Source of the DNA: Mizuhopecten yessoensis
Taxonomy: Eukaryota
NCBI RefSeq assembly: GCF_002113885.1
Contig: NW_018408896.1
Span: 2,464,858-2,528,857 of the forward strand
Direction of reading: 5' to 3'
DNA length: 64,000 nucleotides
In this document: positions 11,641 through 23,445 of the stretch, in pieces
How positions within the stretch are numbered: the first letter of the stretch is position 1
Layout: the number at the start of each line of letters is the position of its first letter
The notes under the pieces: generated by a model
What the model was told of the DNA's origin: nothing
Database searches by the model: none
Seen by the model: only the letters and a program-made list of their open reading frames with translations
Made by a program: the position numbers and the translations under genes

Positions 11641-13007
11641 TTTGTTTCCAGTTAGATTTAAACTACACGTTATACGTGAAAATCAAGCAAGATTTGTAAT
11701 GCAGCTGTGTATACCTTGATTTTAGAATCGGTTAAAATGAAGCATTGAAATTATAAAAAAAACACCTGAGAAATTCCGAGTAATTTCAAATAAATAATCA
11801 AGTTAGTGTTTATTATGAACCGTGCCACTATTCAACAGAGAAAACTGTGGCCGTCATGGTCACGTCAACCCTCGGGGACTGAGACATCCGTTTGTTTTAT
11901 CTTTTAGGATGAGGTAAGCCTCACACAAGTTTAAAACTATAAAAATTCAGTTATAGATAAAGTGTGCCAAACAGAACTACACTGCACGATACAGCTGTTT
12001 CGTGTTTCTTAGTCCCATCGGTGATGCTGAGGTCAAAAATATGAAAATCCGAATGTTTTAAACTACTGTTGTAACAGAAAGGGGTGCTTAAATAGATACA
12101 TCAACTAATGGGTGATAATCTAGGAGTCAGGGAAGGTTGAATTGATTAGACCTACTTTCGATTACCGTACAATTATAAATAAACACCATCAAAGGATTTA
12201 ACCGAAACCATATACCTTAGTGGTGGATCAGGAGAGGTTTCGAGACAAATATTTTCCTAGTCTGCCTTCTCCCTCCAAATAGTTATTTTCTCAATTCTAT
12301 ATTAATTTTACGACTAAACTCACACTACTTTTCATAAATTTGAAAATCTTCACCAGTTTTGTTTCTGAATCCACCACTGCCACTGTTATTGCAAGAAGTA
12401 ATATGGCATACTCAGCGAATAATATCTAATATCCAGCGACAGGAAATCAACGTAAAACCAATGGGGTCAGAATATAGCGCATATGTTCGCTGTGGACGTG
12501 TACAGACCATATGATGACTGTAGGTACTATACTCGACCACATTGATAGAGCTTCGATCTCCTGTAGCCCAACCTAATCTAACACGACATTCATCATGAAT
12601 ACAACCGACAATGATATCTGTATAACTAAGCTTTGTGTATGTAGCATAACCAAAAGCTATGTAAATAGCCACCAGTAGGCCAAAATTGGCACACATCCTT
12701 AACTTATACGTGGTGACATTGAATCTAATAAATGGCAAGCTGCTAATTATATAGATAGATATATTCATATCTAGATCTAATTATAACGTCACAATCTTTC
12801 ATTTGCCAGCTCGGGCTAGGGATTTGACGTCGGCGTTTCGTGTTAACACCATGTAGTTTCGATTTCTATATACGTAACAGGTGCAACTATTTATCTAACA
12901 ACTGCTCATTTTCCGTATCTTTTATGCAAACTTTACACAAGGAAATACGAGTAAATTTCAATAGATATGTTGTCCTCCAATTACTCTGGATTCTAACTTA
13001 ACAAGAT

Positions 13008-13160
13008 ACTAACCGTGTAGGCCATATAAAGCCGACAATGATGTGTATTCAGCCAAATGTCGTAGGGAGTAATTAACAGCGACGTGTACAGTCTTGTGAT
13101 CGTTATATCACACTGAATATAAAACCGATACGACGGGACACAAACTTCCGGATATAGAGT
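13008..13160 (-). promoter_or_regulatory. Putative non-coding first exon and promoter of TRIM copy 1
   Basis: Splice-donor motif conserved in all four intact units (G|GTTAGT at 13013, 28350, 48294; AG|GTGAGC at 62444). Adjacent conserved ACGACGGGACACAAA block with an ETS-type CCGGAAGT (13144-13151). Confidence 0.55.
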
Positions 13161-14281
13161 CATTTCTTTTTCGGAGAAAATATGTTAAGTTAAACCAGTA
13201 TATATACAAATATAAAGAATAATTAATTTCATTCTGAAATAATGCATATATTATTTTGAATTAAATAAATCATTCACTGATGACATCTCACGTATTACTT
13301 CGTTTGGTTTGCATGGGATCACATAGATATATATGTTTTTCTAAACAAAGACAATATACTTTTACATAAGATCATTAGTTGAGCATATTAATTTAACGAA
13401 TGAGCAATGAAGATTTTGTCGGAGAAGAAATTGTGAGATTTTCCGGATACTTTAACGTCACTTTCAGATACATGTATATTGAATATGTTTCGACCTCTAC
13501 TAACGAGAATTCTGGTAACTACTGACATCTCCTTTATACTTTTACTTGATATCAGGGTCCGCTGTTATCGTGACTTACGTACCTTAGACCAATCATAGTC
13601 ACTTCATTACAAAACTATGGTCAAACATCTCGAGTTTAGTTCCCTGATTATTTGCACTCTTCACACCAGTATGAGACTCCCACTCTCCCGTGTATACCGC
13701 TATTACTGACTATTGCCGAATACATTTGAGACGAGAAATGGTGGTGTTAAAGGCTTAGGGCAAGTGTTTGGTTTTCATCAGGATCTCATTGGGAAACATC
13801 CTACGGTATTTCAGTTAATCAGTTATTTAATATGCAGGTCGATATTTTTTTTTAATTATGTTCCTTAGTATAAATTGCGGTTTATTGTCACTTTCCAAGT
13901 TCTCACTTTGAAAATGTGAAATTACGTTTATTTAATACAGACTTGCATACCGAGTGTTATCGATGAGACAAAAAAGCTTACCATTCCGAAACATTGGTCA
14001 TTTTCTGTTTGTATACTTTTCAATAATATTCATGTACATCTTTCCTTGTTCATAGTGCCCTTTGAGCAATCTATTTCGAGATCTTACAATGGTTCTGTTG
14101 TCACCTTGATATCCACTTGTCTCTGTTTTTCAGTATCAGGATTATATAGATAGATATGTATTGTAAACAAACTGAAACTACGTAATAATTTCATTTACCT
14201 TAGAGACTCCAAGGAAACATTATGGAAGTGACACGTCTAGATTAAATATGTACGATAAATGTCTATGTAGATTAAAGCGAT

Positions 14282-15631
14282 CAGGCGCGTAGCTACCACG
14301 TAAGCATATATGCAGTTGCATGCACATCAAAAACTCAAATATACTATTATATTTTTATTTATTTATTTTGTAGTTCGGAAAAGTGATTAAATGATATGTG
14401 GTTCATTTGAAAAATAAATTTAATTTAACTGTATAACCGACAGCCGCCAGACAATCAGTACGTATCCGAAAGTTCCAACCTATAGGGACCTGGTGCCGAT
14501 TTTATTATTAGTATTTTTGTCAACATGAAACATGACTGCAAAGCCAACGAAAAACTCGCATCATCTTCAAAGAACGAGTTGATACATGACTTCTTCCAAG
14601 CAGCTGTAGGTTCAGATGAAACAACATCCTCTTGCGACATTAACTTAGGCATCGACGAGTCTAAAACGGCTATCAGTATTAGGGCCTAGTAATGTCGGAC
14701 CTACCGAACACAGTTCTGATCAGTCTGACTGTTGTTACCCCTGATATCGGGAATACAAGCGAGGCCGAGATATCGATATCCTGTCAAAAAGATGGGAAAA
14801 AGCTCACGAGTTCAAATTCCATACACGGCAACATTTTTACAAGCGATTGTAATGAAATACAACTAAGTTAACGGAGGCAGGTTGTTTTTCCGGAATGGAT
14901 GTATTTTTGTGTAATTTTTTCACCAATTAAATGTCTTCCGAATAACAATTGTAGATTGATTTGTTACTAGCATTGTTTTTATAGGTTTTAGGGCGGATAT
15001 ATGCGCGTATAGGATCCATCTGGGTTTTACATTCACTTCGCCTGCAAATGTAATATGAAAAAGGCAAAGCCCCAAAGTCAGAAAAAAGCCACGTACATGT
15101 AGCTTTTGCTAATCTGTGACATTATATAGGCCTTCATTTGTCCCTGTCATGAACTGATAAAGTATTTTTTAAGACTAGTCCTAGGCCTATCTTCAGTAGG
15201 GCTACTGGATATATATGTACACATGTATCTTAACATCGATATAGGAGCTACCGTCATCTTATGTTCTGAGAAATGTTGATGAAATAAAAAGGATTTGTGG
15301 AACACAACAGCAAAAAATCTGAAATTAATCTGTTCATATTGGCTCCGACATTTTAAATATCTAGTTATTTTAGATTCATCTGGAAAGAGATATGACGCAG
15401 CAGATATTTTCGGGTAATTCCAACAATCGACACATTTTTGTCGGAGAGAAAAAGGAGAAAAATGTGCTGTCTTTCGCATTTGAAATACATTTGAATTTTT
15501 GCGATGCTTTCCAATAATAAAGTGAATGAATCAACCCAAAAATGTTGTCTGTAAATTATATTTAAACACTCAAATATGTATCTAAAAAGCCACCAGATGG
15601 CACGATAGTGCTTCTAGATCTAAAAAAAAAT
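14282..15631 (+). mobile_element. hAT-like non-autonomous element, right end deleted
   Basis: Starts CAGGCGCGTAGCT after GCGAT. Collinear with the complete copy at 29624-31116 until the poly-A at ~15630. Confidence 0.8.
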
Positions 15632-15875
15632 GGGAATTGTAGTCAACCCACGAGGTGGAACCATCATATGTTGCAGCCTTCATATGTCTGACCTTCATTG
15701 GAGTGTTGCGTGGTTTTCTGGTATACTCTTGTTCTTCATCATCCTCACTACCGCTGTCCTGCTCATATACTGGCCTCCTGCGACGTCTCTGAGAATTCCT
15801 TTGGGTCACCCAATCATGACCACCTCCATCAATGTCACCAACATAGTCAGGGAGCTGCTCTGTTCTTAAACGGTA
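15631..15875 (-). mobile_element. Gypsy-type LTR retrotransposon gag fragment
   Basis: Translation MKAATYDGSTSWVDYNSHF resembles the K-P/A-x-T-Y/F-D-G-x-x-S-W-x-D-Y motif at the start of invertebrate Gypsy gag capsids. A possible LTR start (TGTAACAG) lies at 16065 on the minus strand. Confidence 0.65.
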
Positions 15876-16761
15876 TAATCTCAACCATTTATGGTATTGA
15901 ACATATAAAAAGGGAATCACAGATTCTTCAGAATTTCAATAGAACTTTAAAGAGTAAATTTTCTTTTATGTAGCTATTGTATGTATATTAAGGAATACCT
16001 TATTTATATTGCGATTTACCTCTAGTATTAAAATAAAGATAAGATCACTTCCAAGTTCTGTTACAAACATATCAGTGATCCTTAACTTTCCTTCTCATAG
16101 CAGTAACATACCAGGCTCCTTTAATATTCCTGATTACATACCATAATTAGGTCGCTACTACAGAGTAACATACCAGGCTCCTTTAATAATCCTGATGACA
16201 TACCATAATTAGGTCGCTACTACAGATCCTTCAGTACCTATGAGGATTAACTAGGTGTATACAATCTGTTCATGATCACTGTTAAACTAATTCGACAAAG
16301 TTTTCTTACCGGGATGATTTAAGAGATGAACTTTACGGTGGTGATCACGACCTGTTGTCGACTTATGGTAATTCAGTGTCCACTATAATGAAAGATTAAA
16401 ATATTTACTTGAATTGTTACCTTCCTTATTCTTCATCTGTATTTACAAAAGAACAATTCTGTTGTAATTTGTACACATGACATGACAAGAAACTGGTTTC
16501 AAATACAGATTTTCGTCAGATAAAATATAATAACATCTTCTTTTGATCATATTTCAGTCAGTATGGCATTCCTACTTTGTTTTACCCTTCATTTAATAAA
16601 CTGTAAATTTGCTGGTTCATATGGAGATGTGCGCTTACGTTCGTTATGTACACATAATAGGCCCACTACCAAAGTAACTTGATATGCTGATAACGTCAGA
16701 AAACTAGATATTTATTTATTTTTCTCGTGTATCAATAAACACACGTTTTAACTCTAACTGG

Positions 16762-16951
16762 TACTGAAAACCGAAAATTAATCGCTGCAGTTTAATTTTC
16801 GCCCTTTTCGCTCTCCGTAATGAGGGCGAATTTTTCATTTCAGCAACTATTTGTAAACCACATTATATACATAGTATTTAAATTATAAGGGAGAACTCAT
16901 ATTCGAAAATGCCCTACCGTCGAATGGTCCAAACTTTCCCGCTATACAGTA
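16762..16951. mobile_element. Small degenerate TA-flanked MITE (copy at 52090-52279)
   Basis: TACTG...CAGTA ends with weak subterminal inverted similarity, inside a block absent from the paralogous flank at ~37850. Confidence 0.4.
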
Positions 16952-17914
16952 TACCTAAGTTAAGTTGTAATGGTATGCTATAATTGTCGTTAATTTACAC
17001 GGACACAACCTCAGGATTGTTATGAAAACTGTTTTGTTTTATTTTTACAACTCGCTATAGGAACCAGAAATGTACAAAGTAGAGTAAGAGTACTTCATTT
17101 ACCAAGCCGTATCAAAGATATTCCATGTAAACACAGTTATATAGAAGTTCCCCAGCGAGCGACGGTTTGTTATCATGTTTATCTGATTGTATAGTTAATT
17201 TTCAAAAGACATGAGGTTGAACGAGTGTGTTTTACAATTTGAAAACTAACCAACGGAGATAGCAAAGAATCCTGATGATTAACCATCACGGGTTTGAGGT
17301 CATTTTTCTCCAACAATATCTAGATATTATATCTAGAAAACTTTTTTTTTTTTTTTTGAGAATGCATAATTCCTGTTTCCAGTACGGGACACAATTGCTA
17401 TGAGCTATGACGTCACAATAGAAGATGACGTCGCAAATATATTACCATCTGACGTCATAAGTAGAAAATTGTCCAGGGTGTTACCCAAAAATTATTCACC
17501 AACTCCAAGCAGGTTTGTCCAAAGAGGCGGGAGTGAGGAAAACTATCGTGGTTGATGGAGAAATGTGAAACTTAAATTATTACTTATAGTTCACAAATAT
17601 GACGATTAATAAATCACCACATAAACCTTTATTCCGACATTGATTTCAATATATAGCAAGCATGTACAAATACAAAAACTACATAAAGTATGTCTTTACT
17701 TTTTTTCAATATTTTCATCAAATTACATCACATATTTATTCGTTTGACACAGCCCGACACATCTTTTCACCAGCACGTTAGTAAGTAGATAGTCATTTCA
17801 ATGGTAAGGTGTAGATAATGAATACAAAAACAAAAGTATCTGTATTACAAGTTAGGTAATTACATGTGATATCAAACAATAGTGTGGGTTTAGATGGTCC
17901 TCTGAACAATACAT

Positions 17915-19160
17915 TCATATTTCACACAAAGATATAGTACAATCAATAAAAATTGCATACAAACGTATAGTACAATCAATAAAAATTGCATACAAACGTA
18001 TAGTACAATCAATTAGCATTTCATGCAAACCTATGGTACAATCAATAATTTTTTCATACAAACCTATAGTATAGTCAATCAACATTTCATACAAACGTAT
18101 AGTGCAATCAATCAACATTTCATACAAACGTATAGTGCAATCAAGCAACATTTCATACAAACGTATAGTGCAATCAATCAACATTTTATACAAACGTATG
18201 GTACAATCAAACAACATTTCATACAAACATATAGTGTAATCAATCAACATTTCATACAAACCTATAGTACAATCAATCAACATTTCATACAAACCTATAG
18301 TACAATCAATCAACATTTCATACAAACGTATAGTACAATCAATCAACATTTCATACAAACGCACAGAACAATCAATCAATATCTCATACAAACCTTTGGT
18401 ACAATCAATCAACATTTTTATACAAACCTATGGTACAATCAATCAACATTTCATACAAACCTATAGTACAATCAATCAACATTTCATACAAACCTATAGT
18501 ATAATCAGTTAACGTTTCATACACAAGTATAGTACACTCAGTAAACATTTCTTACAAAAGTATAGCACAATCAGTTAACGTTTCATACAAACACATCGTA
18601 CAATCAGCTAACATTTCATACAAACCTATAATATAATCAGTTAACGTTTCATACAAATGTATAGTACAATCAATCAACATTTCATACAAATGTATAGTTT
18701 AATCAGTTAACGTTTCATACAAAAGTATAGTACAATCAGTTAATATTACATACAAATGTATAGTACAATCAATCAACATTTCATACAAACGTACAGTAGA
18801 ATCAATCAACATTTCATACAAACCTATAGCATAATCAGTTAACGTTTCATACAAAAGTATAGTACAATCAATTAACATTTCATACAAACACATCGTACAA
18901 TCAAATAAGATTTCATACAAACCTATAATATAATCAGTTAGCGTTTCATACAAATGTATAGTACAATCAATCAACATTTCATACAAATGTATAGTATAAT
19001 CAGTTAACGTTTCATACAAAAGTATAGTACAATCAGTTAATATTACATACAAATTTATAGTACAATCAATCAACATTTCATACAAACGTACAGTAGAATC
19101 AATCAACATTTCATACAAACCTATAGCATAATCAGTTAACATATCATACAACCATAGACA
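17915..19160. repeat. 33-bp minisatellite, about 37 copies
   Basis: Consensus ACAAACGTATAGTACAATCAATCAACATTTCAT in tandem. Confidence 0.97.
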
Positions 19161-19721
19161 GTTTAACTCTGTACTTTATCACAGCACAAACATATTATAT
19201 CCCACACTTCATGGACACACTTTGTAACAAGTCATGCACGAACACTTCGGACGCATACATACCATAATACACTTCAACTTCATTAAAACACATATTTACC
19301 ACATTTCATAAAAATGTAAACAGATGATACATCCATATTTCTCACTGGTACTTCGACCAATAATATAAACTATTATTAACACAAACTTATCCCAAAATCA
19401 CATCCTGAATGTGTTTTTCTTGTCAATATATAAATGTTAAGATAGGTAATGACGTAACAATCCATTTGAGCATTACTTTGACAGTCCTTAACTTAGCGGC
19501 GTATCGTAATGTTTGAGATAAACAGTGTTTATGAGAATATGATTTTCATAACTTGAGACTTTATAGGAGTAAAACTATACATATATTGTAATACAAACAA
19601 AGACTAGTACCTCTTTAGCAACGTTGTTTGACGAAGATATTGGTATTCCTCATGCAGTGATATCCCTTACACGACCATGATCTAATTATTGTATAGGTTA
19701 TACTTATATCGTTGTTACTAA

Positions 19722-20451
19722 TCATATAAGTTGAAAGATATGTACGTAGTTCCTATTCTGTGATGATTCGTTTGTCACAACAAACCTGTCCCTACAGACA
19801 GATATCGCCCTCGGACTGTCTACACCGTCTGATGACGTCAGCAGTTCTCTGACGTGGGCCCCCTCCTCCGACATTTGTACCACGTTGTTAGACTCCCGCC
19901 CGCATACGTACACATTGCCTTCGCCGTCGACGTCTACTCCAAACGCTTCCTTCAGGACACCAACTGTCGCCACGTCTGTACGAGTACTGTCTGACAGTCT
20001 GTATACCGCTACTATGCCACTCGTGGATGTGAACTGGCTGCCATACAAGTGTAGCGTTCTTGGATCAGACACAATATGATAGCAATGAGAAGGGCAAGTT
20101 TGTATATGTTGCGTATTCCCATTATGTTGGACAGTGTACAAGTCCCCCCTAGAGCTCACAGTTAACCCGTCACATGTAGAAGTGATACCCCACGGAATGA
20201 TACTCTTTGAGAGTTTTATTTCTGACATAAGAGTTAATTTTGAGGACACGACTTTGATGACGTATATAACAGGTGTATGGTAGTTACCGACCGCTACAGT
20301 GTGATCATCCACACGACACACATGTCATACGGAATTCCTTAAAGTTTCATCTTATCTTCACATTCCCCAAAAGCTGTAAACAGCTTGATATTTTCGTTGT
20401 TGAAATCTCCAACACGATTTGATCATCCGGTAAGTAAACGATTCCAGGTGC
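19722..20451 (-). pseudogene. Truncated TRIM-NHL pseudogene (propeller region only)
   Basis: Homologous to the C-terminal part of copies 3 and 4 (..ESSQNRNYVHIFQLI). Frameshifts at ~20320-20420. Homology stops at 20451; RING, B-boxes and coiled coil are absent. Confidence 0.92.
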
Positions 20452-20931
20452 CTGTGGTAAAAACTGAAATAAAAAAGTCATGAAGCACCGACAAAGAGAT
20501 AAATGTAACGGACATCAGTTCCAAGATTTTCCGGTTATTTTTCATCCTTCCGGAAATAATCGATGAAGGCCGATGGAATGTGACGTGCTTGTGACGTCAT
20601 AGTATGATAATCTCTGGAACGACGTTTCATGCCTGCTAGTATCAAAATGTATCTGATAGATTTTTTTCACTCAGAATTTATGTTAGTTTTTACCTAAATA
20701 AATAAGTAATAAAACATGGGTATTGTTTTCACTATATGAAAATGTTCATGTATGGGTTGAAACACAATTGTCTTTGCTTCAAAGATACACTTCCTGTTTC
20801 CCCGCTGGACGTCTACCTCCGGACGAATTTTTTTAAAGGCAAGGTGTAGAAAGGGGAAGCTACTCTGTTTACGCACGCATATGTTACCATTAAAAAGCTT
20901 CGCTCGGGCGCCTTCGACGTCCGAAAGCTAC
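20452..20931. mobile_element. Repeat-like filler at the pseudogene deletion junction
   Basis: Absent from the paralogous units. Ends in AAGGGGAAGCTACTCT and a hairpin TCGGGCG-CCTTCGA-CGTCCGA, reminiscent of a Helitron/Helentron terminus. Confidence 0.45.
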
Positions 20932-21165
20932 GCCGACAAAGATGTGTATTTAGACTGTTGTCGAAGGGGGTATACCGTGACATGTACAGTCATGTGATCG
21001 TTGTGTCAAACTGATACAACACCGGCACGACGGGACACAAAATTACGGAAATGCAGTGTTTTGTCTTAAGTCTGAAAAAAAGGGTGTTATTTGGGAAATA
21101 AGTTATTTCATAATAACATTAAAGGATAGCGAGGTTTGGTTCGCATGGTATAACATAAACATCAA
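20932..21165 (-). promoter_or_regulatory. Retained first-exon/promoter block of the pseudogene
   Basis: GCCGACAAAGATGTGTATTT..ACGACGGGACACAAAATT..GGATAGCGAGGTTTGG matches 62462-62640 and 63460-63495 upstream of copy 4. Confidence 0.6.
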
Positions 21166-23445
21166 CTTCAAATTGTTTCATTTATAAACAAAAATATATA
21201 TATACATACTTTTACAGAGGATTATACAGTGAACATATATATTTTATGACAGAACAACCAAATATATATATAATAGGAATCGAATGTGATCTTCTGGGAC
21301 GTTATCTTCACTTGTAGATAAATTGACGATGTGTTGTTCTTTTATAACAAAACTTTACTTGTTCTTAATTGCAGATGAGATCAGCTTCTTTGTACATTGT
21401 ACATTCTTATCGAACTGCATTAACCATTCTTTCCTTTATTACAAGATGAGTAATATCTCCATTTTCCTAAAAAAAAATTACACCATAATCTGTATAATCC
21501 CCCCTTTATATCCACCATCCAATTATCCTTTGTTTGTAGCATATCTTTATAACAAACTTGTAAAATACATATATTCGTCTTTTTTACTTTTAAGCAAAAC
21601 TTTTTTTTCTTAAGATAGTTAATTGGTTCCCGTTCTAAATACTGTATACACTATTACATATTACTACAATCGTCCAAAAAAGATATCGACTCCCTGTACA
21701 TCATGCACGAGATCTAGGAACTTCCCAAAATCTCTATCTATACCACGATACGCTATATATATACGTATCGAATACTGAAAATTATGTTTCAATATTAAAA
21801 CAAAAAAATCTTTCTGAATTATTTTCAAACCTGAGAAGAAATAGCATCAACATTATGGTCTACAATCTTGTTTTGATTTATTATTCAATTTTCAATTAAA
21901 ATTCATATAGGATTAAAACATTTTACCGAGGTTCAGAAAGCATACATGCACAGCGATGAAACAGGCAAATCAGTAAAACCTTCAATCTTTAGGGAGTCAG
22001 AAGTTATGGCCCAGACAATGACTGCAATATGACCTTGACCTTTTGTGTACAAACCCAGCGGTACAGGACTCACAGCCTTTCCACCCTAAATATATCCCTT
22101 AAATCCCATTGAGACTCTTCAGAGAATCTGACACTATGTTCAGACGATGAATTTTAACTTTTACTTCCATGTGACCTTGACCTGGCATACGGACCAGAAG
22201 TCAGACGATATCTTTCAGACAATGAACTCGACCTTTATACTCAATGTGATCTTGACCTTGGACGTGCGAACCCAATAGTGATGCATGACCCCCCTCCCCT
22301 CCCTAACACACTTGTTCGGGGAGCATGAAAAAATAACACATTGACAGTCATTAAAATCACATTCAGAATTTATTTCTTTTTGTTTATTTGTAACAAAAAT
22401 GTAAACTTTTAACTGACTTCATCAGTATTACAACTTTGACCATATATACAGGTACTTACAAAAATATAATGAAGGGGTTGAATAGTTGTATAAACAGTTG
22501 ATTTACAACAGTACAATGTTGATAAAATGTACTTGATTAATTTGTTCATCGTCTTGTTAATCCTATCTAAAGGAATTATCAACTAATTAAACACAAGTCA
22601 ACTATAACTAATGCTTTTGCAGCAAGTTCATAATTCCTTGCAATATTTTATGGTGTAATATTAAATGTAAATACGGGTCATTTATTTATCACTCATGCAT
22701 GATATACAATGTACTACACAGTGCACCGGCTTCTGACTCGATAGAAACGCACGCTACCGGATCCAGCCTGTCGACAATGACATAATGAGTGATGATGTCC
22801 CAAATCATAACATCCGAGATTAAAAAAAAGCTGGATTAAACTGAGCAAGTCTGACATCACGCTTTGCGATTCTGGCTGATTGGTTTTCATTCAGTAATGA
22901 TTCAGAAAATAAGCTCCTTGTATAGCACCAGGTACGTGTATAGCCACCACTCATCTGGATAGCCTGTACCTCAGTCAGTGTTCCTCGCGAAAAAGAGAGA
23001 AAATCGCATTTTCTATTCAAAATGGTTCCAGTCATCAAGTCGTTTCAGTATCCGGCTTCTTTTTCTGGACATGAATGCGTCTGCATTAACTTTACATACT
23101 CCTATCTCTCTTGGTCATTTAGCTTTAAAAACTATATTACTAAGAGCCTGATTCAATGAAAATGTTTTGATCACAGGAAGGTATAAGCTCGCAATGACTG
23201 CTGAAACAAATCCGGGGTCTTTTTATAAGTGTTAATGATTTCCATCCTTATAAACAGCTTTTAGAATATATATATATACTAGTATGAGGGTTATTTGGGT
23301 ATTTAATATATCACAATAATATTACTGATATTATCATGCTAAATTATATCGATAAAGGACATAATTTTGTCACTCAAAATCATTTTACTAGCAGGACAAT
23401 GTCGATGTCTAATTCATCAGTATGTACAAAGTTAAATTTCACAGA

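Larger units (their letters stand above)
6230..15630. repeat. Segmental duplication unit 1 (paralogous to ~21360-30990)
   Basis: Collinear near-identity of 3' flank, TRIM CDS, intron and upstream region at an offset of about 15 kb. Confidence 0.93.

Noticed and set aside
14455-15479. Short minus-strand ORFs repeated in three units
   Set aside because: Lie inside the duplicated hAT-like element and are disrupted differently among copies.
17915-19151. ORFs made of LYEMLIDCTIR or QHFIQTYSTIN 11-aa repeats (also 53422-57377)
   Set aside because: By-products of a 33-bp minisatellite: open on both strands, broken by stops, no unique coding flanks.
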